Positions 1 to 11,970 of a DNA stretch of 64,000 bases are shown piece by piece (the stretch's first letter is position 1; each line of letters begins with the position of its first letter). Location: contig OZ024744.1 in NCBI GenBank assembly GCA_964016885.1, positions 46,810,001 to 46,874,000 of the forward strand, in the 5' to 3' direction. Source of the stretch: Eledone cirrhosa (taxonomy: Eukaryota). A model generated the notes under the pieces. It worked only from the letters and a program-made list of their open reading frames with translations, was not told where the DNA came from and did not search any database. The position numbers were made by a program, and so were the translations under genes.

Positions 1-1583
1 TAAACTGGTTGCACGCATCATCAATAAGGCTATATATGCTGGTGTCATACCCAAAGCCTGGTGCAGCAGTATTCTAATAAATTGCTACAAAGGTAAAGGG
101 GATGCTCTGGAGAGGAGCAATTATAGGGGTATAAAACTGATGGATAAGGTTATGAAAGTGGCAGAAAGGATATTAGCACAACTAGTTAGATAAAGGGTCA
201 AACTAGATGAGATGCAGTTTGGTTTTGTGCCTGGGAAGAGTACAACAGATGCCCTCTTCTTGATGAGACAATTGCAAGAGAGGTTCTTAGAGAAAAATAA
301 GCCACTATACTTAGCCTTTGTTGACCTAGAGAAGGCCTTTGATAGGTACCCCGATCTGTCATCTGGTGTTCCCTAAGGAAACTAGGTGTAGAGGAATGGT
401 TTGTGAAGACAGTGCAAGATTTGTACAGGGGGGCTGTCAGTAACGTCATGGTAGGAATGGAGTTTAGTGAGGAATTCCAGATGCAAGTAGGAGTACATCA
501 AGGTTCGGTCCTCAGCCCGCTCTTGTTCATTATAGTCCTCCAAGCCATAACAGAGGAGTTTAAGACTGGCTGTCCATGGGAACTTCTCTATGCTGACGAT
601 CTGGTTCTTATAGCAGAATCAGTAGAGGAGCTAGAGAATAAATTCTGGCTATGGAAACAGCAGTTGGAAGCAAGAGGACTGAGAGTGAACCTAGCTAAAA
701 CAAAAGTGTTGATGAGTAGAAAAGAGGACAAAACTCTGATTCCATCAGGGAAATGGCCATGTTCGATATGCAGAAAAGGAACTGGCATACATTCTACAAA
801 ATGTATACAATGCAGATCTTGGGTACACAAGAGATGTAGTGGAATAGCAGGCAAACTAACAGGTAGGGAGAAATACGTATACAGTAGATGTACAGGGAAA
901 TTAGACAGTAGAAGTCGCATTGATAGACACATTTTTCAAATGCTGGTGGGTGCTATAGAAGTGGTTGATAGCTTCCAGTACCTAAGAGATCAGATTAGCA
1001 TGGGAGGGGGGTGTTCCGAGGCCATAGTATCTAGAATAAGGACGGGTTGGAAGAAGTTTAGGGAGCTGCTGACGAAGAACGGTTTCTCCCTGCGTACGAA
1101 AGGCTGGTTATATGATGCATGTGTGAGGAGCGCGATGCTGCATGGTAGTGAGACATGGGCAGCAACTGCAGAGGATATGCGACGGCTGGAGAGAAATGAG
1201 GCAAGCATGCTCTGTTGGATGTGCAATGTCAATGTGCGTAAACGACCCAGCATGGATGTGTTGAGAGATAAACTGTGTCTGAGAGGGATAGAATGTAGTG
1301 TGCGAGAGAGTAGACTGCGGTGGTATGGACATGTGATCCCCATGGAGGATGACCGATGGGTGAAGAAGTGCCAGGAAATGCCAGTTGAAGGAAGACGTGA
1401 TAGAGGTAGACCACGAAAAACATGGGCGGAGGTGGTGAGAACAGACCTCAAATCGCTGAAGCTCACGGTGGAGATGACGAAGGACCGTGACAAGTGGAGA
1501 GATGCTGGGCTGAATAAGAGCCGTCCCACCCTTGCAAACAGGGAAAAGTAGACGTAAAATGATGATGATGATGATGATGATGA
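1..1583 (+). mobile_element. RTE-clade non-LTR retrotransposon (5' part outside window), RT plus C-terminal region, one frameshift near 345
   Basis: RT motifs QFGFVPG, FVDLEKAFD, GVHQGSVLSPLLF and LLYADD. RTE-type C-terminus RLRWYGHV...RGRPRKTW. ORF 403-1551 is followed directly by a (GAT)n tail. Confidence 0.92.
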
Positions 1584-1627
1584 TATATATATACATATAT
1601 ATATTTATACATATATATACATATATC

Positions 1628-2725
1628 AGGTCATGAAAGTAACAGAAAGAGTTATAGCACAGTTGATTAGGGACCGGGTGAAACTAGATGAGATGCAAAT
1701 TGGGTTTGTGCTAGGAAGAGGCACCACTGTGAGGCAGTTACAGGAAAAGTACCTAGCTAAAAGTAAGCCACTCTACCTGGCATTCGTCGATCTTGAGAAA
1801 GCTTTTGACAGAGTTCCTCGTGCTATAATCTGGTAGGCTCTTAGAAAACTAGGAGTAGATCAGTAGAAAAGAGGACAAAACTCTGATTCCATCAGGGAAA
1901 TGGCCATGTTCGATATGCAGAAAGGAACTGGCATAAATTCTATAAAATGCACACAATGCAGATCCTGGGTACACAAGAGATGTAGCAGGCAAACTAACAG
2001 GTAAGGAGAAATATGTATGCAGTAGATGTACAGGGAAATTAGACAGTAGAAGTCGCATTGATAAACACATTTTTCAAATGCAGGCGGGTGCTATAGAAGT
2101 GGTGGATAGCTTCCGGTACCTAGGAGATCAGATTAGCATGGGGGGGGGGTGTTCCGAGGCCATAGTATCTAGAATAAGGACGGGTTGGAAGAAGTTTAGG
2201 GAGCTGCTTCCTCTGCTGACGAAGAAGGGTTTTTCCCTGCGTACGAAAGGCCGGTTATATGATGCCTGTGTGAGGAGCGCGATGCTGCATGGTAGTGAGA
2301 CATGAGCAGAAACTGCAGAGGATATGCTACGGCTGGAGAGAAATGAGGTAAGCATGCTCCGTTGGATGTTCAGTGTTAATGTGCGTAAATGACCCAGCAT
2401 GAATGTGTTGAGAGAGAAACTGTGTCTGAGAGGGATAGAATGTAGTGTGTGAGAGAGGAGACTGAAGTGGTATGGACATGTGATGCGCATGGAGGATGAC
2501 CGATGGGTGAAGAAGTGCCAGGAAATGCCAGTTGAAGGAAGACGTGGTAGAGATAGACCACAAAAAACAAGGGCGGGTGTGGTGAGAACAGACCTCATAT
2601 CACTGAAGCTCACAGTGGAGATGACGAAGGACCGTGATAAGTGGAGAGATGCTGTGCTGAATAAGACCCGTCCCACCCTTGCAAGCAGGGAAGAGCGGAC
2701 ATAAAATGATGATGATGATGATGAT
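1628..2725 (+). mobile_element. Second RTE copy, 5'-truncated, RT core deleted near 1860, in-frame stops
   Basis: 1862-2720 aligns to ~715-1580 of the first copy. It jumps from RKLGVD to SRKEDK, so YADD is lost. Same (GAT)n tail. Confidence 0.9.
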
Positions 2726-2733
2726 ATACACAT

Positions 2734-3032
2734 GGAGGCACATGGCTTAGTGGTTAGAGCATTGGCCTTGCAATCGAAAGGTTGTGAGTTCAATTCTCAG
2801 ACCGGGTGATGTGTTGGTTCCTTGAGCAAGACACTTCACATTGCTCCAGTTTACTCAGTTGTAGACATGAGATGCTAGGGACAGGAGTCCCTACCATTCC
2901 ACTGTAAAGTGGAGTTGTAGGCGCCACGGAAAAAAAGCACCCAGCACCCAGCTGTAGGAATGAAGCCAGAATCAGTTCCCGTCCCACCCCTGCAAGCAGG
3001 GAAAAGCGGACGTATATTGATGATGATGATGA
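2734..3032 (+). mobile_element. tRNA-derived SINE with RTE-derived 3' tail
   Basis: A-box TGGCTTAGTGG, B-box GAGTTCAATTC, central CTTGAGCAAGACACTT. The 3' end CGTCCCACCC..GCAAGCAGGGAAAAGCGGACGT(GAT)n matches the adjacent RTE 3' end. Confidence 0.85.
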
Positions 3033-3804
3033 AATACATATATATGTGTACAGATATATATACACATATATATATATATATACATATATATGTGTACAAA
3101 TATATATATATATATATACACAAATATATATATATATATGTACATATATACATATATATATATATATACACATTATATATATATATATATATATAAATAT
3201 ATATATACATATTTATATGTATCATCATCATTTAACGTCTGCCACGCTAGCATGGGTTAGACGGGAATTGTCCCACTTCATTGATTAGGTGACCGTGTCT
3301 CACTCGTATCTGGCAGGTTTTCTACAGCTGGATCCCCTTCCTAACACCAACACATTTTATCTACATATATACATATGAAGGCTGAAAACTCTAAGAGTAT
3401 TGCAATAACTTGTCAGATTATAGAGTTTGGTCCACTTTTAGGCTACGGCCAACCATACAAACTTATAACATATCCTGAACAAGCAATGCCTGTGCTTTGA
3501 AGGTTTTTTAAGTGGGGAAAGGCCTTGCACGCGACCAATCCCACTCTCTGAACATCAAAAACGCTACCCAAAAAGGAGAACTGATCAACATCATCGGATG
3601 CTTCCTAAGCCGCAGGTTTTCTTTCAGAGTTTCCTTCTCCTAGAAGGTGTTGTGACAACAACTGGAGGCCTTTCACTCCAAGGTAGCATGGGTTTGATGG
3701 GTTGTCCCATTTGAAGCAATTTCGGTCAGGTGACCATGTTTTGCTCATACAGAACTGTTTCTGTCTTTGTTTACACGGAGGGATGCCCTTCCTAATGCCA
3801 ACCA

Positions 3805-4170
3805 TATTTACAGTGTATGCTGGGCACTTTTTGTTCTGACACTTTACACAACCACTTTACAGTGTAGACTGGGCACTTTTTGTTCTGACACCTACACAAT
3901 CACTTTACAGTGTGGTCTGGGCACTTTTTGTTCTGACACCTACATGACCACATTACAGTGTAGACTGGGCACTTTTTGTTCTGACACCTACACAACCACT
4001 TTACAGTGTAGACTGGGTGCTTTTTGTTCTGACACCTATATGACCACATCACAGTGTAGACTGGGTGCTTTTTGGTGTGATACCTACAAGATCAATTTAC
4101 ACTGTGGGATGAGTGCTTTTTGTCATGGCACCTACATAACGACTTTACAATGTGGACTGGGTACTTTTTG
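3805..4170 (-). repeat. 48-bp minisatellite (~7 units) derived from a SINE internal module
   Basis: Unit ACTTTACAGTGTAGACTGGGCACTTTTTGTTCTGACACCTACACAACC. Its reverse complement resembles the single module in the SINEs at ~2900 and ~54375. Confidence 0.85.
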
Positions 4171-4589
4171 CTATATCAAATACATCGACCCAGAAAGAAG
4201 TGTGGGGTGTGTGGAAAATCGGTAAAACTTCACCAGAGATAGAAATCCAGAATTAGTCATTTAGTTTATAACATATGGCATTTCTAGTAATGCATTTTTA
4301 TGTCATGTAAAATGTTTTTTAATGTCTAAAGAAAATTGTCGCTGGAATGCGACCACTTTGAATAATATTTCACCAGAGATAAGAACAATTTAATAAACAG
4401 AGGGTGGGGTGAATCAAGAGCAAGGTGGCGGTGTTAAAAATCTGAAAAATAAATAAGTGAGGGTGGAGGAGGATTATTTGAGACAAAAGCGAGGGTGGGG
4501 GAAGATTATTTGAGATGAAAGCGAGGGTGGGGTACAATTATTTGAGACCAAAGTGAGGATGGGGGACCACTATTTGAGTTATATACACA

Positions 4590-4840
4590 TATTCTAGTAT
4601 GTTGAAAGGAAAATAGGGCACAGGTGCCCTCTGGGAAATGGCCATGTTCAGTGTGTAGCAAAGGAGTAGGTAGAAATTCCATTTTATGTCCCAAATGCAA
4701 ACTATGGGTACATAAAAGATGTAGTGGGATTAGAGGTAAGCTATCTAAGAACGTAGATTTTGTATGTGGCCACTGCTCAGGTGCAATAAGTAGCAAGTGC
4801 ACACATGACACCAACTCCTTCTATTGCTTAGATGGTTCTA
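4590..4840 (+). mobile_element. RTE fragment (Cys/His-rich segment)
   Basis: GKWPCSVCSKGVGRNSILCPKCKLWVHKRCSG is homologous to ORF 403-1551. Confidence 0.8.
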
Positions 4841-4949
4841 TAATGTTACTCGATATTCAATGTAGCAACAATTGAATATTGTTATTGTAAAATAAACATT
4901 GTCAACATCACAATTCTGGCATTATTCTTTTTATCATTCATCCACAAAA

Positions 4950-5102
4950 GAATACATTTATCCACTACATATGCAACAAACAAAAGGGGTCCAAGAACAG
5001 ATCCCTGTGGTACACCAGATGACATCTCATACGGTGAAGAATGCTGTCCTAGAACCATGACTACCTCTCTTCGACTGAGAGTGAAGGATTTCAACCAGTT
5101 AA
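4950..5102 (-). mobile_element. CR1/L2-like RT fragment
   Basis: SSGVPQGSVLGPLLFVAYV motif. Confidence 0.7.
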
Positions 5103-5174
5103 AAACTATACACTATATACAGTATATATATATATTATATATACACTGTGTACAGTATATATTATACACTATAT

Positions 5175-5360
5175 ATGTTGTCCAAGAGAAAGGCTATGGC
5201 TGATACAGCTTGGCACCAGTGACATCACAACTTATTTCTACAGCTGAGTAAACAATATGAAATAAAGTGTCTTGCTCAAGGAAACAACACATCACACGGT
5301 CCGAGAATCGAACTCACAACCATTCGATTGCAAGCCCAATGCTCTAACCACTAAGCTGTG
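5175..5360 (-). mobile_element. tRNA-derived SINE (same head as 2734, different tail)
   Basis: Reverse complement reads GCTTAGTGGTTAGAGC...GAGTTCGATTC...CTTGAGCAAGACACTTT. Confidence 0.75.
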
Positions 5361-5829
5361 ATATGTTCCAGAACCAAGTGTGATATAGAAAGACCATAAA
5401 GACAACCGTTGTTTTCATAGTTTAAGCCTTAAAATACCTCTCATACATGCTTTAAGTACATATAAACTCATTAAAACACACTTTTGTATTTAAACACCAA
5501 AAACAGCCAGTAACGATCGTATAGAAACTACCACCAACTATCATACCACTAGTTACTAATGAGGACCATTGCCAGCCACGGTAGCCACTTGGTAATACAC
5601 TGCACATCTGCCGTCAATCTATAAAGGGTTTGTAGTAGATTAGAGCAAAACACAATCAGTAAGACAGTAATGGAATGAAAAATATAAACATTTGTTCATA
5701 ATTAAAGCCTTAAGATGTCCCTTCCTTACGATATACACTTTAATAACATTGAAACTTATTTAATAAGTTTAAAATTTAAACACTTTTCATTCAGATGTAC
5801 CGTGATAAGAAGAGAGATATGTAATAACG

Positions 5830-5925
5830 AAAAATCCGCGATAGGAAATTAGATATGTTCCAAAGAAATATCCGCGATGTAACGGGACCGCGAAAAGTGA
5901 ACCGCGATATAGCGGGGGATTACTG
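5830..5925. mobile_element. Tc1/pogo-like DNA transposon terminus
   Basis: Ends ...CCGCGATATAGCGGGGGATTACTG followed by TA, with repeated CCGCGA subterminal motifs. The partner terminus was not found. Confidence 0.5.
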
Positions 5926-6916
5926 TATATATACACACACAACATACATCTACTTATATACACTCATAACATTTATTTCGATTTTTGACATTAAAATGTT
6001 GACTGAGGGTGCGACACCTGTTTCTTGTTAGAGGTTGTTCCAGTGGTTGAAATATAGACGGAGGTATTTTAAATAATTGTTTCTACTTTTGGCACAAGGC
6101 CAGCAATTATCCCAGTGTATTACTGGTACTTTATTTTATCGACCCTGTAAGGATGAAAAGCAAAGTTAACCTCGGCGGCATTTGAACTCAGATCATAAAG
6201 GGAGGTAACTCTATGATTCAAAGCATGGCGTCCGACCCTCTACCGATACTACCAAATAATAAAGACAGTCATGATAACAATATATTTTATATCACTTGTA
6301 ACAGTGGAATTTGCTGATTGAATAATAACACATCAACATTTCAGTTTGGAAGTTTTTTTTCTATATATAAAAGTGGAGGAAGAAATATATTTTTCTAATG
6401 TTGTTATATATATTTTCACTTGTATATAATTACTGCATCGTTGTAGGGTTCACATAATTATATTATTTACACACGTTAATATAGACATTAAGTAAATCTT
6501 TGTTAACTTACCTCCTTCACATATAATCAATGCGTTGTGTTGTTAGTTTTTACTAAACAATCAAAGAAATAATCTCTTTGTTATGAAATTAGAAGTTTCA
6601 AAGATGTTATCAGCTTTATTTCACGACATTAATGTTGGTGTATCCTCTTCATCTTTAGTCATAAATTGATATCTTGTCAGAATGAAGTATTGAGGCTGAC
6701 TTTATGTCTTTAGCTACAGATTTGATAGGAAATATATATATATTAGGTTGATATGTGGTCTAAAATATATATATTGTCTAGAAATGACTGATAGCAGATG
6801 TTCTGGTGAAACAGTAGTTTTACTACTACAGATTGCAATGGAACTCTTAGTAGACACAATTGTAAAGTAAGATTAGATATGACAGTGTAAGACTGATGTC
6901 GGGGAATTAAAATTGT

Positions 6917-6960
<44 letters not shown>

Positions 6961-6963
<3 letters not shown>

Positions 6964-8437
6964 AAAAAGAGATGAAATCGAAAATGCAACTGAAGTCTTA
7001 TTTTAAAAAAAAAATATATATAATTATTTGGTTCCTTTACCGGTTTCGCAGTTCTTCTGCTTTTCAAAAGGTGAGTTGAGATGGAGGGTCTGTGGTTTTT
7101 CTCACATCTGGTTGGTCTCTAAAGGTTACTTGTTTTATATGGAAAAAGTGGCTCGAAAGCCAGGTTTTTCGAGAAGTAATTTGATTGGTTTGTCAATAAT
7201 TATAATAAATTTCGCGCCAGTTCGCGTTACAATAGTTCTTCAAATAAGAGAGAGGGGGGGTTGTCACAGGTTGTTTTTTTCATATATGAGTGTTTGAATT
7301 TCTTTTTACTTGAAAAAAGGAGGCTCACGAAGGCTTTTTTTTTGGTTGGTTATAAATGAAATTTGGCTGTCACGTGAACAAGTTTTCATTACATTTTTGC
7401 GCCCTTATTTGGAAAACTATTCTGTAGTCTTTATAGTGAATGTTATGACAATGGAGAGATAGTGGTCAATGGAAAAGGGATTGGGAGAAATGTTCTGGTT
7501 CAGTGAATATGGCCAGCTGTCAGAGTTCAGGTGTCAGAGTTCAGATTTTCTATTGAGACTGAAGATATGTGTTTATTTGTGTGCTTGTGTGTATATGTGT
7601 GTGTGTGTGTATGTGTGTATTGGAAGATGATTCTATTAGTAGAGATGGGGGAGGGAGTTGTGTGTGTGTGTATATGGGTGTTATGTGTGTGTGTGCGAGT
7701 ATGTTAAGATGGAGAGAATATATATTTTGTGTGTGTGTATATATATATGTGTGTAGGAAAGTGGTTCTATTAGTAGAAATGGGGAGGGAGTTGTAGGTGT
7801 GGGGGTTGTTATGTGTGTGTATGGGTGTTATGTGTGTGGGAGTATGGTTAGCATGTTAAGATGAAGAGAATATATATATATATTGTGTCTGTGTGTATGT
7901 GTGTGTGTAGGAAAGTGATTCCTTTAGTAGGAAGATGATTCTATTAGTAGAGATGGGGAGGAAGTTGTTCACGTGACAGCCAAATTTCATTTATAACCAA
8001 CCAAAAAAAAGCCTTCGTGAGCCTCCTTTTTTCAAGTAAAAAGAAATTCAAACACTCATATATTAAAAAACAACCTGTGACAACCCCCTCTCTTATTTGA
8101 AGAACTATTGTAACGCGAACTGGCGCGAAATTTATTATAATTATTGACAAACCAATCAAATTACTTCTCGAAAAACCTGGCTTTCGAGCCACTTTTTCCA
8201 TATAAAACAAGTAACATTTAGAGACCAACCAGATGTGAGAAAAACCACAGACCCTCCATCTCAACTCACCTTTTGAAAAGCAGAAGAACTGCGAAACCGG
8301 TAAAGGAACCAAATAAATATATATATTTTTAAAAAAAATAAGACTTCAGTTGCATTTTCGATTTCATCTCCTTTTCTTTATACTTCCACTCGTGTAGGAC
8401 ACCTCGGTTATTTTTCATTTTGTAAAAAAACCCTCAC

Positions 8438-8443
<6 letters not shown>
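6961..8443. mobile_element. Fold-back insert between two (TA)n tracts, ~420-bp inverted arms, hammerhead-like fold in each arm
   Basis: 6961-7381 is the reverse complement of ~7965-8382. Mirror ORFs 7028-7297(+) and 7944-8312(-) confirm this. TA tracts at 6919-6960 and 8444-8511. Confidence 0.85.
8269..8306 (+). ncRNA. Minimal type I hammerhead-like ribozyme, U3-A8 core variant (mirror copy 7034-7071, minus)
   Basis: CCTT-TTGAAAA-GCAG aagaa CTGC-GAAA-CCGG-TA-AAGG gives stem I, core, stem II, GAAA, palindromic stem III and a GUA site. Confidence 0.65.
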
Positions 8444-8515
<72 letters not shown>

Positions 8516-8815
8516 GTTACACAAGATATAATTAGGTTAATTAAAGTTATAATGAAGACAGCAGGAACGCGGTGTCGTTGGGAATGTTTCGACTCTCGTA
8601 CGGTGTCATACGTTAAAAATACCTGATATAATTTAATACCTTCAGACACAGTTCCAATCGTATTTAATTTATTGTAAATCAGAAAGTATCACTCAGTAAA
8701 ATATCAATTATATATCAATAAGAGAACCTCTACGTAGTCTCTCTAACTACTAGAAATAGTACTGATATTATCCATTACAACTACGCTCTCTCTCTCTCAT
8801 ATATATATACACACA

Positions 8816-8912
8816 CATGTATGTATGTATGTATGTATGTATGTATGTATGTATGTATGTATGTATGTATGTATGTATGTATGTATGTATGTATGTATGT
8901 ATGTATGTATGT
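8816..8912. repeat. (ATGT)n microsatellite
   Basis: Direct inspection. Confidence 0.95.
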
Positions 8913-9597
8913 GTTTATATGTGTCTATATGGGTGTGTATGTGTGTTTACACGTTGTATGGTGTGTATATGTGTACATAAGGGTTTGGTATATGTACGTT
9001 TGGTGAACATATGTGTATTTACCTGTAGGTATGTGTGAGTGTGCGTTCTATACGCATTTATGCGTGTATATTTATATATGTATATATAATTATATGTATA
9101 CACACACACAAACATATATTTATATGTGTATTTGGTGTATACGTTCGTACGTGTGCGGGTATATGTGTCGCACCGGTTTACGTCCGTGTGCATGTGTTTA
9201 TGTGTATGTGCATGTATATGCAAGCATAGTGTGTTTTCGCATATGCACGTGTATAAATGTGTGTATGCATATATTTAATTATTATTACTTTTATATTTTT
9301 AATAACCTCTGTCATTTTCGTTCAACTAATTTATTTACATTATTCTGAACTCCGAAGCCGAGAATCATTCAGTTTCCTAAATAGTATATTAGTCTACGAC
9401 TCCATTTATACCATAAACGTGGTTTTGTCTTTACGTATAATTGTTGTCACCGCTCCACATAACAACGTATTATCTTCGCTTTTTTCCGTTCATTGCCAGG
9501 GAACGTCTTCACGAATCAAAGTATCGTCTTCTTGTTTTCCTTCGGTTGCAACGTTTTTCAAAATATTTACTTCTTCGGTCACAGATTGATTTTTTTT

Positions 9598-9648
9598 AGT
9601 TTCAGAAGATCCTGTTAAGGGTGAAAGAAGCGATTCCTTGTTTAAACT
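9598..9648 (+). ncRNA. Hammerhead-like fold with CAGAAGA (U4A) core; related copies 22503-22553(-), 35570-35620(+), 47128-47178(-)
   Basis: Family consensus AGTTT-CAGAAGA-t-CCC..GGG-t-GAAA-GCAGCGA t TCGTTGC-TT-AAACT. Stems I-III can form in the consensus; this copy is more decayed. Confidence 0.5.
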
Positions 9649-9661
9649 TTAATCTGATATT

Positions 9662-10358
9662 TTAATATATAATATAAGCGAGGCAAGCCATCCCTGTTGC
9701 ACTTCTTGCCAATAAACATTAACCTTTTGTGCGCCATTCATCTAACTGTAGACCAAGAAATACCAACTAAACGGAGCATTGAAAAGAACGATGGCGAATG
9801 AATCTTCGAGGTAAGCAGTTTCCTCCCGAGCTGTTAGTTCACGTGGGATTCTCTGCTACACCTTTTTGTAATAATACCGAACAACGTACTGCTGGTCACT
9901 CCTTCCTCCAAAAGCCGTACAAAGCGAACATGTGCATCGGGCAGATGGATCGGGTGTAAATCTACACCAGGCCTACGTGAGAAATTCGCAAGGGACTGCA
10001 CCGAGAGGGATAGAGAGAAAGAGTAACTTAGTGGAAAGAGTGCGAATGAACTTTTGAGGTAAGTAGCCTAACCTTACTGCTATGACACTGGAACCTTCTG
10101 CCAACTTAACCTGTGACTTTCTCTTTCACATTTACGCCAAAAGGCCAAAACAGAGGAGTATGAAAAGAAGGGACTCAACAATATTTCTATGAACAATGCA
10201 CGTAGGTAGCTAAACTGTACTTTCAACTTCTTAATTTTCTCCAAATAAAACAAGTTTCCTCTGTCGGTATATTTAACAGGCACCCACAAATAAACGTTTC
10301 TCATTGGAGGTGCTATTACCAATGTTCTTACCCGTGCAACGCCGGGATACACTGTTAG
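9662..10358 (+). mobile_element. Non-autonomous Helitron-like element (mirror ~46417-47113, minus)
   Basis: 3' hairpin CCCGTGCAACGCCGGG followed by ..CTGTTAG, resembling the other Helitron-like ends in the window. The 5' end is uncertain. Confidence 0.55.
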
Positions 10359-10364
10359 TATAAA

Positions 10365-10870
10365 ACAAAAAAGATATATAAGGATTCCTTGAAAGCTTCT
10401 TTGAAAGACGTTAACATCTCTGCTGATACATTGGAAAATGTTGCTGCTAATTGTAATAAATGAAGAAAGACTGAATATGAGGGGAAAGTTGCCTTTGAGG
10501 CATCTCGAATCGCATACGAGAAAGTAAAAAGGGATGAGAGGAAGGGCATTGCTATTGCATTTCCAGGCGGCGAAGGTCCTCCTTTGACGCTAACATGCAG
10601 CGTCTGTGCGAGACTGTGCCTAAGCAAAGCTGGACTCGAAAGTCACCTTCGCAGCCATAAAGCAAGACCAAGCTGCTGTTGAAGATGTTACTCATCATGC
10701 TTGCCAAGCATGTGGTAGAGAATGTAAATCAGCAGGAGGGCTCAAACGACATGCAAAAGTACATGAACTCCAAACACAGCCGGCTATTCCCAGTGGATGT
10801 TTTGGTTGCCAACTCTGTGCAAGACATTGGCTGGGCTAAAAAGCCACATTCGATAGCAGCACTGTTAATT
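10365..10870 (+). mobile_element. RTE/BovB-like LINE 3' fragment (mirror ~45900-46410)
   Basis: KASLKDVNISADTWENVAADCNKWRK...CSVCARLCLSKAGLES in the mirror ORF 46092-46385. Confidence 0.7.
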
Positions 10871-10877
10871 GCTATCA

Positions 10878-10923
<46 letters not shown>

Positions 10924-11129
10924 TGAGTGTGTGTCTGTATATGTGTTATGTATGTGCGCGTGTGTGTATATATATATATGTATATTATTATTGTTGTTGT
11001 TATCGTTATTATTATTGTTGTTATTATTATTATTATTGTTATTATTATGTTTTTTTATCGTGCAATGGCCATACTCGATAACGAGGGGGCAGCCATCATA
11101 TATATATGTGTATGTGTGTATGTGTGTAG

Positions 11130-11285
11130 CCGGCGAATTGTCAGAGTCGTTAGAACGTCAGATAGAATATTTTAAGGTATTCATTCCAGCTCTCTTCTCT
11201 CTGAGTTCAAATCCCGCCGAGGTCAACTTTGCCTTTCATCATTTCGAGGTCGATAAAAAGAGTACCAGTCCAATACTGGGGTCGA
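11130..11285 (+). mobile_element. Second SINE family; further copies at ~6070-6240(-), 45535-45695(-), 50075-50445, 55310-55495 and 59560-59900
   Basis: Shared CTGAGTTCAAATCCCGCCGAGGTCAACTTTGCCTTTCATC..GTCGATAAAA..GTACCAGT. Confidence 0.7.
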
Positions 11286-11639
11286 TACTTCCTCTATATC
11301 TCTTTCTTATTTCCTCTCTCTCACTTTCTCTCTCTGGAAGAAATGTGCTGTAGTCAGCGTATATTTCAATAACGCAGCCCCACCCCCTGTCACAACCATA
11401 CCTATATATATATATAATTAATTACCTATATTTCTAATTAGTTAGCTATATCTATATCATTTACCTATATTTCTATGCCAGTATGTATAAATACGTCTTT
11501 CAATAAATTTTCATTTTTATTCACAAAGTTTGCGAAAATATTTTTGTTTTAAATTTGTAGGACAAGGGAGGTAATCGAGATATCCCGTAGGTCAGCTTAT
11601 CTGCCCTTGTACATGATTTCTTTATTTTATGTACGACAA

Positions 11640-11970
11640 ACGTGCGTCATACATTGTGTCTGATAGGGACTAGAGAGACGCTGCCTTCATTGACCTGACG
11701 AAAGCATTTGATACAGTTAGTAGGGATGGACTGTGGAAGATCCTCAGCAGACTCGGAGGTCCGCTAATATTCCTGACCATGCTACAACAACTCCACACAG
11801 GTCAGCAGGGAGAGGTAAAGCACAATGATGGTCTTTCTCTGATTAATTCTTCATCAAGAATGATGTGAAACAAGGCTGTGTCCGTGCCCCAAATTTATTT
11901 GCAATCTTCTTCAACATGATGCTTCGTGATTCAAAGAAAGATCTGTGGTAAGGCATTTACATGGTTCCGT
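11640..11970 (+). mobile_element. RTE/BovB-like RT fragment (mirror ~44830-45180)
   Basis: LYAAFIDLTKAFDTVSRDGLWKILSRLG in the mirror ORF 44936-45178. Confidence 0.75.

Noticed and set aside
588-2793. Minus-strand ORFs over the RTE copies, and antisense or alternative-frame ORFs over the ZNF genes
   Set aside because: They are shadow frames of the RT and zinc-finger sequences.
2734-2806. tRNA gene
   Set aside because: It has A/B boxes but continues into a SINE body and LINE tail, and recurs as dispersed copies.
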